From Raillietiella orientalis (Eukaryota), in assembly GCA_036172245.1 (NCBI GenBank), contig JAYWIR010000005.1, forward strand, positions 310,001 through 374,000: a DNA stretch of 64,000 bases, in the 5' to 3' direction. How positions within the stretch are numbered: the first letter of the stretch is position 1; each line of letters begins with the position of its first letter. The notes below the pieces were generated by a model. The model made no database searches. It had not been told where the DNA came from and saw only the letters and a program-made list of their open reading frames with translations. Both the position numbers and the translations under genes were made by a program. Shown one piece after another: positions 1-12,846 of this stretch.

Positions 1-577
1 TGGGAAATGGGCTGCCCTTCCTCTTCTTTCCCATCACCTCCGTTCAGCCCTCCTCGTTCTCCCAGAATTGTGTTTCCGTTAGGAGATGGCGCTGCATCCG
101 CTTCAGCGGTGGGACACCGCGTTGCCTTCTCAGCCGCTCGGGAACTGCTGCCGCGGCACACCTCGCTGGTGTTTCCCTTGCAGTTGTGAGACGCTGCGCG
201 TACACGTGCGGTAAGTAGCTGCGTCGCCTTCATCTTCGCGACAGTGGGCGGCTGAGCTGCCTTGGCTACGGTCAAAGAAGACAGTCTTGCGCACGGACAG
301 TATCGTAGGCGAGGAAGGCGACTGAGCCGCGATTATTGCCAATACCCCGCCAAGGCAGTAAGTAAAACCATTGCCGCGGCAATTTCTACGTGCCCCGAGT
401 GGGCAAATAAAATTGCCAAGAACAGTGTGAAGTGAATAATGAACAGTGTTTAGTGACTTGTAAAACTTGTAGTGTCAGTGCAGCGTAAGACTTCGACCAC
501 TTTCAAAGAACAGGAACAGCACGGCGGAAGGGATACGTCCCACCTCGACGGCAGAAGTCCAGCAGTTCGCCGCCACC

Positions 578-2055
578 ATGCAGGGACAGGCAGACAGGAC
601 GACATCGACCCAGACAGAGTCGGACGATCGTGTGGTGGTAGAGCTTCCGGCTATGTCTGCGACGACGACGGCAATGGCTCAGCCCCCGTGCCCCCACGTG
701 GCGGGGAGTTCGAAGGATGCGACGCCAGCCTGTGCAACCACGACAGCACGGACGTATGCAGCGGTAACGGCGGGCACCAATGCCCACCAAAACCGCAGTT
801 TTGGTAAGTCGGAAACTGGAAAAATCTACAACGAAGACGGACCAATTATACGGATAAGTCCAGACGTGAAACCGATCTCGTTTAAAACTGGACTTATCCG
901 TATAAACAACATCAAGGAAGTCTAATTAGCCCTCTTTAAGGCTAACGTCGACTTTGATCGCTTAACTGAAGAACTAATCCAGAAGGGAATTAACATCCAA
1001 GGACGGTGGGTGCGAGGCATCAGCGAGATGCCATACACCACAGTTTTCCTAGGTGGCGTTTGAATTACTACAAATAAGCAAGCCATCTGGAAGTTTTTGG
1101 CAAAATACGGTGAAGTGCTAGACGTGGAATTCAGGAACCATTCCGGCAAAGTATTTGCCGGCGATGTAAAAGCTATTAATAAAGTTACTGGAGGGAGCGC
1201 AAATTCCAGGTTGGCGCACATCGACGGCGACTCCCAGGAAGTCTACGTACGTCATAGGCAGCAAACGATCTCCTGCATGGGGTGCAAGCAGTTAGTCCAT
1301 AGGGTCAGTGCTTGTCCGAGATCTAGGTGTTTCCGGTGTGGTAAGCAAGGCCATCAGGTTAGGTCGTGTCAGCAGCCGGCGGTATGCGCCTTTTGCAAGG
1401 TTCCGAGTCATGCAAGGTGGAATTGCCCGGAGTACGCGAACTGGCGAACCATACGCGGAATTTCCCCCGTGAGGGAAAGAGTGGAAAAACCGGCCGAAGA
1501 GCCGAAAAAGGTAGTCGCGAAGAAGGCGCGGAAAAAGGGCGTAGCCCCGAGTGTGTCTGAGGACGGGTTTGTGGAAGTGAAGAAAGGGAAAAAGGGGTAC
1601 CCCCGAAGAAGCAGGAAGTCCCCGAGGAATTAAAGGAAGCAGTAGAGGAAAGCGTGATGGCGGAAAAGGCGGGAAAAAGTGTAGATGTTGAATGTGTCAC
1701 GGCACCTGAGGAAACTTTGCAGGTTGCCGAAGACTTGGAAAAGCTGGCACAGGATGTCCAGCGTGGAAAAATTGTGAAAGGAAAAGAGCAAGAACAATTA
1801 CTTCGATGTTTTCGCGAAGTCCAGGAGGACATCAATAGGACGGTGGAGGTGGCCCATCGTGAGAAGCTGGAGAACAAGCTTCTAAAAGTGGAGGCCGAAT
1901 ACTGTGCAAGGGTGAGCCTGGAGATGCTTCCACCCAGTGCCAGTGAGAAGTCGGAACAAGGGACAGAAACTACCGACCTCACTGGCACGGAAAGCGATGC
2001 AGGAAGCGAAAGGCCTTCTGCCTCTGGGAGAAAGAAGGTTCTTCTCAGCAGATGA
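578..2055 (+). pseudogene. LINE ORF1 (gag-like, three zinc knuckles), interrupted by stops/frameshifts
   Basis: CMGCKQLVHRVSAC, CFRCGKQGHQVRSC and CAFCKVPSHARWNC in ORF 1097-1633; 'LAKYGEVLDV' RRM-like segment; DGFVEVKK basic tail. Confidence 0.88.
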
Positions 2056-5000
2056 AGACTAGAAGAACCAGGAAATAAGACCATCCCTTATGGCCTCGTT
2101 CTTATCTACCACCAGGAGAATCAACATTGCCTCCTGGAACGTAAACGGACTGACGGACCAAGGAAAAAGGATTGCACTGACCATCGCACAAGATATTATC
2201 GCCGCGTGTGTTGTAGTTCTCTGCTGCATACGAGGAATATTGGACAAGTGGAACGCGTCAATAAGAGGCCACAGTAGCCGGAATGCCATCCACTGGGCGG
2301 TCATCTCCATGGAGAAGGCTTCCCGTTGGCGCCTGCTGAGAAAAATTCTGCCAGCACTTGTTAGCATCCGGAACCAGATGCAGAGGCTACCCCTCGGCGA
2401 ACAGTGATCCCTTCCCTTCTCTCCCCCCCCTCCATAAACAATGTCCCCCAAGCGTTGTTTTTCGTTTTTTGTATTTTTTTTCTTCCTTTTTCCCGTCCCC
2501 TTCGCGAGTGGAGTAGGCCTTACCGGCACTCAAGTCGGAAAACAAGTGCATCACAATACGAACAATGTGTTCCGACAGGAACACAAATGCAATTAAAAAA
2601 CAATCGACTACAATTACCAATTGTTAATACGTTTTTAAAAAAATAAAGGCCCCGGCTCACCCGGGTGAAAAAACAAGATATTTTATGCCTGCAAGAGACC
2701 CACTAGTTGAGATACCGGATCACCCTCTGGAACGCCGCTTGAACGGCCAATTGTTTGTTAGTGAAGGATAGAAAAAACCATAGATGTGGCGATCCTCATC
2801 AAAAATGAGCTCACCCACACCATTCTGGAAACCTTCTGTCCAATGCCGGGGCGAATTATTGGCATGCGGCTATCTTCGTCCTCCAACGTTCATCTGTTCC
2901 TAGTGAACGCTTACGGACCACACAAACTAAAACATCCGTGCGCGGAAGCTTTGCATGAAGCGCTCAGCAAACGAGTAGCACTGAAAGGTATTATTATTAT
3001 CACGGGTGATCTGAATATTCTGAATGAGATGACTCACTCAGGACGCCAGAGGAAGGACGGCGTATCGGCAGCTGTCCGATGATTTCGGACTTCAGTGGCG
3101 AAGAGCTATCCACAAGCCGATCGACCATGTCCTGCACAGTTCGGAAATCGAGAACCGCATACAAGGATTTCGTGACATGCGAACTTTGCTGTCCGATCAT
3201 CCGTTGGTACGGTTCTCCCTCCGAACAGAAAATCCTCGGCGGAATAAGGCTACCAGGGCGGCGCTCATCTGCATGCCCGCCTGGTTCGAGACGCTTCCCT
3301 ACTACCAGGAGGTCATCGAGGCGATTCTGAGAGATGTAACTATCTGCAGAGTCGCTGACTGGGACAGTGTGAAGCATAGGGTCCATTTGTTCTGCAATAT
3401 GCAGTTCGGAGATAAGAGAATGAGGCAGGAAGCGTATCGGGAGCTAAACACTCAAGATCGTTCACTCTCAAGATACTACGAAGAGTACGAGAGTCGACAC
3501 GTCTTCCGAAATGTAAAAGCGGAAGTCGGTACACTAGAAAAGAAGAATCTGGCAACGGATATCTTCTGTATCCAACCTGGCGGTTATAGTCGACATACAA
3601 CGGAAGACATTGTGGATGCCTTTCAAAGGAACTACACAGGACACTTCCAAAAACACTAATTGTGTTTTTCAAATCAGGTTTTTATGAGACCCTTAGGAAA
3701 GAAGACGGATGACTTCTAACGAAAGAAACTAGAGGAAGATTTCTCCGAAGAGGAATTGAAAGCTGCGTTTCGAGAACTACGCAAGGATATGGCGGCAGAC
3801 CCCGATAGTGTTGCCATTACGCAGTATCAGAGGTACCTGCATGTCTACCTGCGTTTATTCCACCAGCTGACCCTCTGCATCCGAGAAGAAGGACGATTAC
3901 CAGAATCCTTCTACGAAAGTACGATGAGATTGTTGCCAAAAGGAGGTGACCTAACCAAGGTTGCCCAATGGAGACCAATCTCAATCCTTAACTCAGATGC
4001 CAAGTGGTTGGCAAAGCTCTGGGTTAACCGCTTAGGCAAAGTAATGCCGAGGCTTATTTCTCCCGTCCAGATATGTGCGGTGCCTGGACGTCACATGTTA
4101 GACAACGTCAAGTGTACCCAGACCACTATAGGATTCAGCCGACTCATCGATGAGAATCTAGTGCTGGTATTCACTGACATGGAGAAAGCCTTCAACACTA
4201 TCGATCATCGGATGCTTCTGAAGATTCTGAAAAAGCTGGGCCTTCCGGAATACTTCAGCTACTTTGTGAGGATGATACTCCGGAAGAAGTAATTCCGAAT
4301 TTGTATTAACGGCGAAGAGACGGCAGCTATCAGGATGGAACGGGGAGTCCGTCAAGGCGACACACAAAGTCCAATGCTGTTTGTCATCTACATGGAGGCA
4401 TTCCTTCTTTCATTGAGAGAAGCGGACATCTGCACGGAATTACCATTGACTACCAGAAGCTCACACACTTGGCTTACGCAGATGACCTCCTGTTATTCAT
4501 TAAGGAGGAACGAGAGCCGAAAGCGCTCCTAAATGTGATTGAACTAATGGAAACGGGATTGGGCTTGAAAATCAATGCCCAGAAGAGCCAACTTTTGCCT
4601 GTCGGAATCCTGGACCTCTCCGTGCTCACGGAGAGAGGATTCCGAACAGTGGCCACCTCCTAGTACCTAGGAGTCCACATCGGCGACGACTCTGCGTGGA
4701 AGCTCCTGTGGACAGAAATCCTAGGGAAAACGGCAAAGGAAGCAGCAAATTACACACAATTGGACTTCGGAATGAAGAGGAAGGCCAACCTTTGGAATGG
4801 AGTGCTCCTTCCAAAGGTACTATTCGGAGCGGCCTTCCACAGAACGAATAAGGAGATTACGAGAGAGATCGAGAAGCTACAGCGCAAGACCCTATGGGGA
4901 ACTTATCGCCCTAGAGTTAGAGTGAAACCCTTGTGTCGTCCCAAGGAAGAAGGTGGAACTGGGATGAAGGAATCTGGCTGGAGGCTGAAGGAATCTGTTG

Positions 5001-5420
5001 GCACATGGGCGAAGTTAAACCAGTCAAGTGGACGCGAGGGAGAGTAAATCTTGTGTGTCAGGTGCGGGGGGTGGGAGTCCCTCCCTCACCTGATAGTTGA
5101 CTGTCCTGCCCTCCGGTCCCTGTGGGAAGTTTCGGGATGACCCTTGGGTTACCGGTTGGCGGCAACCCCAGAGACGTTTACCGCCTTCTCTTCGTGCGGG
5201 ACGCCCTGCAGCCAGCCGCAGCCCTGGCAGCACTTTGCTGCATCCGTGGGATTGTGGCGGCCCGGATGAAGCCGAAGATGAAGATGCCTACGAAAGGGAC
5301 GTCATCCTGTATGCTGTTCGCTTCCTGAAGAGAGCTACCGGATCGCCCCAGCTGGGTGGAATAAGAAAGGACCTCGAGGGCATTCTGCAAAGGATGGACC
5401 CTCCTATTAGTGGTCAGTGA
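2052..5420 (+). pseudogene. LINE ORF2 (APE endonuclease + reverse transcriptase + C-terminal zinc finger), frameshifted
   Basis: IASWNVNGL, DILCLQETH, TGDLN, SDH (APE); LLPKGGD..WRPISILNSD, DMEKAFNTIDH, GVRQGD..SPMLF, YADD, YLGV (RT); ESLPHL..DCP (ZnF). Confidence 0.92.
2198..2672 (+). mobile_element. 5'-truncated LINE 3' end nested in the APE domain
   Basis: Perfect 10-bp TSD ACAAGATATT at 2188-2197 and 2673-2682. Removing the insert restores TIAQDILCLQETH. Encodes the ORF2 tail (VLCCIRGI) and the terminal hairpin. Confidence 0.92.
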
Positions 5421-5639
5421 TCCCTTCCCGGCCCTCCAAACTCTTTTTTGTTTTGTTGGTTTTCTTTTTCTTTTTGTTTTTTTCCCATCCCCTTCCACTG
5501 CCGAGGAGAGTCACTCTGGTCTGCGTCCCGGCGTCCCGGCAGGTCCTGAGAAATGTTAGTCATTAGTAGGGCCTTGTACCACGTTTTGTAATGACCTTAA
5601 GGAGAGTTTTGAATAAACATCCCGGCGTATCCGGGTAGC

Positions 5640-6085
5640 AACTCCGAAACCGGGGGGCAGGCGTCCCAGGGGGAACTCCTCGCGGATCGAGTGCTTGAGG
5701 CGGTCCCGGTCTGCAAGACTCCGGAGCGTAACACCACTCAAGAATTGGCGGAGATGTTTCATCGCATCGGGGAGCTTTGTCCAGTCCCCCGGGGACGCCA
5801 CGCCTTGGAAGGAGTTCCCTTGTCGCGTGGCCATACGTCGAATACGAGCCGGTAATGGTCGGACAGCTTTGACGGAAGTCCCTCTCGTTTCCCGACCCGT
5901 GCAAACAGGTTGTGGTCGAGGAAGATATGGTCAATGCTGTCCTCCATTTCCGGGTCTCCCTCCATCAGGTTGCGCGAGCGCATGATGGCGCACAACTCTA
6001 TGGGCACGTTCTTTTGCATGCAGGACGCACCTGACAACAGGCAGGGGTTGAAGTCTCCGCCTGTCATTGGACCCTGTGCACTCCT
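5640..6085 (-). pseudogene. LINE APE endonuclease fragment
   Basis: GGDFNPCL, SIDHIFL, LSDHYRLV motifs on the minus strand. Confidence 0.85.
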
Positions 6086-6089
6086 GCAT

Positions 6090-6700
6090 CCTCGGTGAAG
6101 CAGCTAGCACCCGACAGGTATACACCGGTGTGACTTGCTTAACCCATGCCGCGCAAGTGGCGTCCGTTCAGCACGATGCCTTGCTCCAAGAGCATCTCCT
6201 GCAGCTCTTCATTTTGTGTCTATATGGTAAAGCCATTCGCACTTGGGATTATGGCTTTAGTTTCTTTAAAATCGATATTCTTCTCGTGTAGCATGACGTA
6301 AATATCGCGGACGTTGCTAATTCTCATGGTGCTTGCCTTGTGAAGGTCACCGTTTTCACCTCTTGATCCATCTTGCAAGCGGTTTCTTTGACCCTCTGAA
6401 TTTGAAAGATGGCGGACTCGTTCTCCTAGCCATTGTTAGAGACCGCGTGCGTTGTTGCTGGTAGCAAAGCCGTCACCGCTACATACGACAGGTGCGCCGG
6501 CGTTGCTCACGACGCTTGTGCGGTTACCTCGCTAGAGGGCACCAGAGAACACGCCTCCATTGTCTTTTCTTCCGTGCCTAGTGGCAACGAGCTCCTAGAG
6601 TCCTTCCATCTTTCAGCAGGAGCCTGTTGGAATCTCTGGGAAGGGAAGGACACACCAAGGGGTAACACCTTTTCTTTTTACTTGAGCTTTCTTTTCTTGA
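6090..6700 (-). pseudogene. LINE ORF1 N-terminal fragment
   Basis: Minus translation DIYVMLHEKNIDFKETKAIIP..QGIVLNGR aligns by eye with ORF1 at 14979 (DIYLAIHRNRIDFKFIKAIVP..NGPSISGR). Confidence 0.7.
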
Positions 6701-6765
6701 TGCAGGCCTTGTTGATCCCTATATAAATTCCGTGGGTCAGAAGGCAAGCTGCCGACTGCCTTCGA

Positions 6766-7880
6766 TTTTCCCCAAGTCCCCCAAGGAGTGGGGTAAATTT
6801 ATTTTTTTTTTACAACATTCATATTACAATTTTCATTCACACTATTTTACCAATACAGTGGTATTACCACTTTGAAGTCCTTTCAGGGTGTCACAAGTTC
6901 TGAACTCAGGGCGGGGTCCGCGTTGTTGTTTCCCGGGCGTCGTCCTCAATCCTCTCCAGGATGTATCGGTACGTCCAGGCCGGCACTCGTCCACAATTCG
7001 ATGCCGATCTCCTTTTGGATGAGTCTTTGCAGAATCTCCATCGGGGATGCGGCTCTCCTGGCTTTCCTTATCTTCCACCACCGCACAAGTGTGGCGGTGA
7101 TGAAGAGAGAGATGGCCGTTCTCACCATGGGATTGTAGGAGGGAACATTTCCAGTTCCCTGAAACATCCCGGCAAGTATTTCCATCACGGATCTGGTGGT
7201 CATTCCTATAATCCTTTTCAGGATTAGCCAGTCTCGGAGCAATGTGGGGCACGTCAAGATGTGTAGTCTTGTATCTGTGTCTCCACATGCTTTGCAGTCT
7301 TCGTCGTCTTGTCTTCTCGTGAAATACTTCAGTCTGGACCCGCTCAGGATTCCTCCGTGATAAAACATCAGGAGTGTGTGGGTGTCCGGCGGTAGGTCAC
7401 TCCTCCAGAGGGTTGTGCCGATCGCTAACAGGTTGATTCTGTCGCTCCCGTAGCGATCGGCGGCTTCCTGGAGGGCACTGATGTCTTGATCTTCTTTTAT
7501 TAAGCTGAGGAGGTTCTATTTGTTCACCCTGGACCACGCAAAGTCGTTGTGGTTTTTCCACACTTCGCACGTCCTGTGGGTGTATCGTCCTAACACCATC
7601 TCGATATACCGTAGTATGCGAGAATGGTGTTGGTACCCTCCTCTTCTCCATTCCTGGATGAGTTGCAGGGTAACTCTGGGCCGCTGGTAGGTCCAGCTCC
7701 TCGTGTCCGGGGGGACCGGAAGCATCCAAGGGATCACCAGGATGGATTCCTCCTGCCAAGTTCCCTGCTTCTTGGTACGATCTTGAGTTTGTGCTTTCGC
7801 ACCACTCGTTGTTTTCTTCTCCAGTTGGAGTCGATGATGATCCATTCCCCTGCTCAGCCTAGCAGCGCAGTCATCAGGCC
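6766..7880 (-). mobile_element. 5'-truncated LINE, second subfamily (ORF2 C-terminal zinc finger + 3'UTR)
   Basis: CKACGDTDTRLHILTCP; paralogous to 55088-55920 and 60430-60880; 3' end AATAAA..TACCCCACTCCTTGGGGGACTTGGGGAAAA. Confidence 0.85.
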
Positions 7881-7899
7881 TTTTGAGTTTAACAACATC

Positions 7900-8830
7900 G
7901 AGTAGGCCCTATGCGCCGCATACGGCCAGTCGCCCCAGTGAACAGCGATATCCAGGATGTGTCACGTATCCATGATTTCCAAGGAATGCGCTGGAGTTCG
8001 TGGGGCTGCATACCATTCAGCCGTTCTCCTTGGTCAGGGTGGCCATGCGTCCGAGGAGAAGGTCGCATCTTCTGATCTTCCGGCAGGGGCACAGAAGAAA
8101 AGACGCGAGTTCTTGCGTCCTGGATATACGTCTGGAGGGGAGGCGGGCTGGAACGCACCAAGGAGTGCTCCAGTACTTCGCCACGATGGTCAAGGTTCGC
8201 CATCGCAGCTGAATTTCCATCCGCTCCAGCGTCAGGAGGCCGAGACCGCCGTTCCGACGCGGAGCGCACAAGTCCTGCAGCTTCACTCGGGGCCCTCCGC
8301 TGCCCTACAGGGCGATGCACAGGAGGTCCTTGGTTCTCTTCTCCATCTCGCGGGGTACGGGCAAACAAAAAGCAGGGGGAGAAGGAGGGGGGCGCGAACG
8401 CATTCCACACTGCGACCCGTTCCGGCAAGTGAAACTTGTCTTCCAGGAACGGGCCGATCGCCGACTCCACTTTCTCGAGACGACCTGACCACCTGACTTC
8501 TGACGGAAAGAAGTTTCCCAACGGAACGCAAGGTACTTTAAGTACCTCTTCGTGGGGATCCTCAGGCGGATCCAGTCAGGTCGTCCTGCCCACGTTGCAC
8601 CAACCGCTAACACCGACGACTTTGCCTTGTTCACCTGCAGTCCCGTCCCGCGGCTCAGCAAAGACATCGTCGACGATGACATCGAAGTTAGGATCGAAGA
8701 CATCCTCGACTGCCGCTGCCAGGGAGGACATGGGACATGGACAACAAGAGCACAAGATCGTCGGCGTATGCTGCTACAGCAGGCGTGCCGGGGCACGAGC
8801 TCGTCAAAGCAGCCAAGGTCGCCCACTAGG
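7900..8830 (-). pseudogene. LINE RT C-terminal fragment (same subfamily as 10965-12846)
   Basis: GTPAVAAYADD, GLQVNKAKS, KYL, GGLGLLTLERME. Confidence 0.87.
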
Positions 8831-8854
8831 GATACATACGTTAGCCCACATACG

Positions 8855-10035
8855 TTTCAGTGCCACCGAGCACTGGCGGAGAGTTTTAATACGCGGCTAG
8901 GATTTTTTCGTCTTTTCTCCGTCTTTTTTTCAACTTTAAGCTTTTTTTTTTTCATTTTTGGCCTTGACAAGCTGCTAGCCCTTTTCTTCTCCCACGTCTT
9001 CGGAAGGTTTCTCCACTGACATCTGTTGGGGAGTTTCGGGCGCTGGCTGCTTCGGCCGGCCATTTTCCCAATACCATCGGGAAAATGGATTGGTGGATGG
9101 TTTCCAGATTCCCCGCGCGTTTCGTCTATGCCTTTTTAGCGGCCGGGAGAATCGGGATGGGATGCTTCGGGCACACACGACGGACGTGGCCCTTCTCTCC
9201 GCACATGTAGCATTCGATGTTCGGGCACCTCTTGTGGAGATGCCCTACTTCATCGCAGTAGCCACAATACTGGGGCTTCCCTACGTACCAGAGGTCGACC
9301 TACTCGTTTGTGACCTCCAGCTTGTGGGGGAGCCCACCCACGTGCACGCGCTGTGGCCATGCCCCCGAAAAGGCTACGTGAAAATCGTGGGCTTCGGCCA
9401 CAACGCGTGCACGTCTCTGTATTTTTTTAACTGATCACCAACCGCAGACCGCGTCATACGGTTAGTGATGCCGGTCAAATGGGCCACTACCGAGTGGTCC
9501 ATTGATACCGGGAAGATCTTACGGCCGTCCACGATCAACGGGGTGTTAATCAGGCGCCGAGCCAGGCTGATGTCTTTACACACCAGCTCAACGCGCTGTG
9601 CCCCGATGAGCACGGACAGACCGTCAAGATCTTCATGAACATTCATTTCTTGCAGCGCTCGCGTAAACGAGCGTGCTGTCTTGCCGTCAAACAAGGGACT
9701 TACCTTGTATACAAGCGAAGGCTTGTATCCCGTGGCCCTATAGGCGGCTTTCTCGGCCAAGGTTTCGGCGCTGGGCGCGGCCACCATGGTGCTCCAACTC
9801 CTCGCTGGCGGCGAAGAGGATCCTGGGGCAGATGCCCCCATCTCTGCAGGTCGTGAGGGGGGAGTTGCCTCCTCCACACCTACTTCCATCGCGGTGTCCT
9901 CAGGCATAGCTGCCATTGGACACCCACGATCTACACTTCACAATACCACACACACAAAAAAAAAAACCTTTCTGAGGCTCCGTTTACGGAGCGACAGAAA
10001 AACACGTCCGCCCAAACCAGGTTTCGGCGAAGGCC
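8855..10035 (-). mobile_element. ORF1-only (HAL1-like) retroelement, decayed
   Basis: 5' motif CGGACGTG-N9-CGCTCCG. ORF1 starts at 9916 (SWSTMVA; CGYCDEVGHLHKRC, CYMCGEKGHVRRVC) and runs directly into ATTAAA plus a CAGTGC/GCACTG terminal hairpin, with no ORF2. No TSD seen. Confidence 0.7.
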
Positions 10036-10286
10036 GATACACACTTTGGTATGTATTGAAGATCTAAGAGTGTTCTTGGATATATGTAAGCGTTTAAACC
10101 AACTTGTTGATAATACGCCCATTGCTCTCTCATTGATCCATCTCAATTTTTCACGAGTCGACGACAAAAGTAAGGACTGCTATTGCAACTGACTCCAATA
10201 TCCCGATATTAGGTAAAACCATAACGCGAAGAGGCACTAGTCGAAGAGCACCATCTGACCCTAATCCAGTACCTGGTAGTAGCAGG

Positions 10287-10964
10287 ATGTCTCAGAGCTT
10301 TGAGTGGAGGAACCCAAATGACACTCTAGTCCAAATACAGAATAATCTGAGTAGTGGGTCAGCTCGTCAGAATCTGATAGGTATTCATTTAAATCTCGGA
10401 CTCAGAAGGAACGATAGACGAACGAAGAATCTATTTCCTTACTTATTCTTGGCATCCAGAGGAGAATGTATACTCATTCGACATTCATCAAGGAGTGCCA
10501 TGACGAGTGTTATAGAGATAGCCAATGCTATAGCTCCGAATGTACAAAGAATAGGGTTACCTGAAAATCTTGCCAAGGACAGATTCCGAGCCGAAATCAT
10601 TTGCTTTTTATGTAATGAGGGATCTAACAATCCATGGGTTAATGATGCTATTTGGAGTGCAGATTAGCATCTGATGGGCCCTTGCATGAAATGGCATCCT
10701 TTGTACCGATATTAAGGTCTGGATGGAACCCACAAGAAATACCCAGGTTAATGGCACGAGAATCTCTAAGTGCCATAGCATTAAGTAACATCGTAGTATG
10801 GCTTATCGAATTGATTTTCTCATTGCCTCCTCTTCATAGTATTTGTGCGATATTGTATATACAAGCCTTTGTATCGTTTGCGAAGAGAGGTATCCTTACT
10901 ATGTAGAAAGCTGAAAAAATCAATACAAATCTTATTGAAAAGGGTAAACCCAACCCTAATCTTA
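10287..10964 (+). pseudogene. Endogenous chuvirus-like (Jingchuvirales) nucleoprotein, 5' half
   Basis: One frameshift (~10655) and one stop (10904). Contains YIQAFVSFAKRG and rejoins 12861 in frame after LINE removal. The frame is open upstream to ~10100. Confidence 0.75.
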
Positions 10965-12846
10965 GAGTTGGTGCTGAGAGCATACAGGGTAACTCTGGCA
11001 ACCCTGCCGAGCTCGTGTGCCGGCACGCCTGCCGTGTCGGCCTATGCAGACGATCTTCTGCTGCTGCTTCCCGGGTCCACCCCGGCGAGTGCGCTCGAGG
11101 ACTTCGAGTTGCTACGCCGCGAGACGGGCCTGGAGGTGAACAGGGCGAAGTCGTCCATCGTATATGTCGGCTCGGTGTGGGCTGGACGGTTGGACTGGAT
11201 CCTCCTGGGGATCCCCACGGGCAGGTGCTTCAAGTACCTTGGCGTTCCGTTTGGGGACTTCTGCGTGACAGAAGCCTGGTCCGACCGTCTCCAAAAGGCA
11301 TCGTTGGCGATCGGTCCGTTCCGCGAAGGCACGTTTCATTTGCAGGAACGGGCCGCGGTGTGGAACGCATTTGCGGCCCCCCTTCTTCGCCCCCTACTTT
11401 TTGTTTGCCCCGCCCCTCACTTTGTTAAGAAAAGAGCAGCGGACCTCCTAAGGACAGTCCTTTGGAGCAAAGGGAGGTCCCGTGTGCGTCCACGTAAGGA
11501 CGGTGGACTTGGCCTACTTACGCTGGAGCGCATGGAATTGCAACTACGATTTAGGACTCTCGTCCTTGCGGCAGACTTGTGGGACACGCCCTGGTGCGTT
11601 CCAGCATGCCTCCTGGCCCAACGAGCCTCCGGATATGGCGGACTTTCGTCGTTTTTCTGGGCGCGCGACCGCAGACAAGCACACTGCGGCTTTTACCTGC
11701 GTCGCATGGCCGTTGTGGTTCAGGAGAACGCTTGGATCTCCTGCCTCCCCGGGAACTACTCTGCATAGCTGCACGAGTCAGTCTCCACGTGGGAAAAGAT
11801 CCACGTTACGGCGGGCACAAAGAACACTTCTTTGTGCCTGAAAAGGCACGCCTGCTGGACACTGCAGGAGATCGTGCAGTCCCACGACCAGCTTCTGTGG
11901 ACTCTGATTGCTCCCCTTGCCCCAGTGCTGCCCTTTCTTGTGAACTCTAGGGACAGCAACGAGCAGGGGAAATGGACAGTGTCCTGCTCTATTGACGGCA
12001 GGACACAACTGATCAAGGCGTGGACATCTCGGCAGCTAGCGGATGCTGCGACGCCGAGTGTCCTGCCCAACGGCGTTCTACGCTGGGGCGAGCTACTCGG
12101 ACTATCTCCGGAGGAGATGAAGTGGCCCCCAGCGTCCTGGAACAGTGGCTCCCTCCCCTTAAAATGGAAGGAGGTGGCGTTGCTTGTCCTGTATTGGGGT
12201 TTATCCTGCAAAGCACGCCTCTCTCACTGGACACGGGGGGCTGTGGATTCCCAGTGCGACCGGTGAGGGGAAAAAGAGACATTCACCCACCTTCTTCTTG
12301 AATGCAGTGCCATCCGCCCTCTATGGAATCGTCTTACGGCGATTCTGGACATCCGCGGAGGCGCCCCTAAGGACGTTTTTAGGCGCCTCTTCTCTCGTGA
12401 CGCCTTGTCCCCGCCCGCTTGTGTAGCAGTTCTCTGTTGCATTCGAGGGATCGTGGCGGCTTGGAACGCGACCAGAAGGCATCAGGCCAGCGGCAACGCG
12501 TTATATTGGACTCGCCTTTTTGTGCGGAACATCTGCAGGTGGCGCCACTTGGGTGCACAAAGGACGCAGCTTGTGAGGATCCTGAACAGGATCTAGATGA
12601 CCTCTCCGCGCGCACTGTGATCCCTTCCCCGTCCTCCCATCCCCAAAACATTAGTGCCCTCCCACGTTTGAACTTTTTGTTTGTTTTGTTTCTTTATCCC
12701 AACCCCTGAGCGTCGGAAGGACCACGCCGGTTCAACACCGGCAAGCAGCAGGCTGCCTTGTTGTGGTGAACATTGGGTTCGCCACGCGAAAATTGATTGT
12801 ATTTTTATTTTTCAAAAATAAATGCTCCGGCATATCCGGGTGTAAA
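10965..12846 (+). mobile_element. 5'-truncated Tx1/L1-like LINE inserted into the viral N gene
   Basis: 14-bp TSD CAACCCTAATCTTA at 10951-10964 and 12847-12860; AYADD, KYLGV, GGLGL, C-terminal CKARL..CDR; terminal hairpin 12817-12840. Confidence 0.93.

Larger units (their letters stand above)
331..5637 (+). mobile_element. Near full-length, decayed Tx1/L1-like LINE (5'UTR, ORF1, ORF2, 3'UTR); internal deletion or fusion near 5040
   Basis: 5'UTR motif CAATACCCCGC..AGGCAG is shared with 14604-14625. A CCHC ORF1 is followed by APE and RT motifs. Ends in AATAAA-cat-CCCGG-cgtat-CCGGG (5612-5635). No TSD found. Confidence 0.9.

Noticed and set aside
5498..5542. Hammerhead or twister ribozyme in the LINE 3'UTR
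   Set aside because: Lacks CTGANGA/GAAA and twister core motifs; kept only as an unnamed structure.
8831..8856. TSD for the minus-strand ORF1-only element
   Set aside because: GATACATACGTT versus GATACACACTTT (~10036) is too weak and misplaced.
10287..10667. WRNPND/LASRGEC block as a novel standalone host gene family
   Set aside because: It continues in frame into chuvirus-like N motifs once the frameshift and LINE are accounted for.
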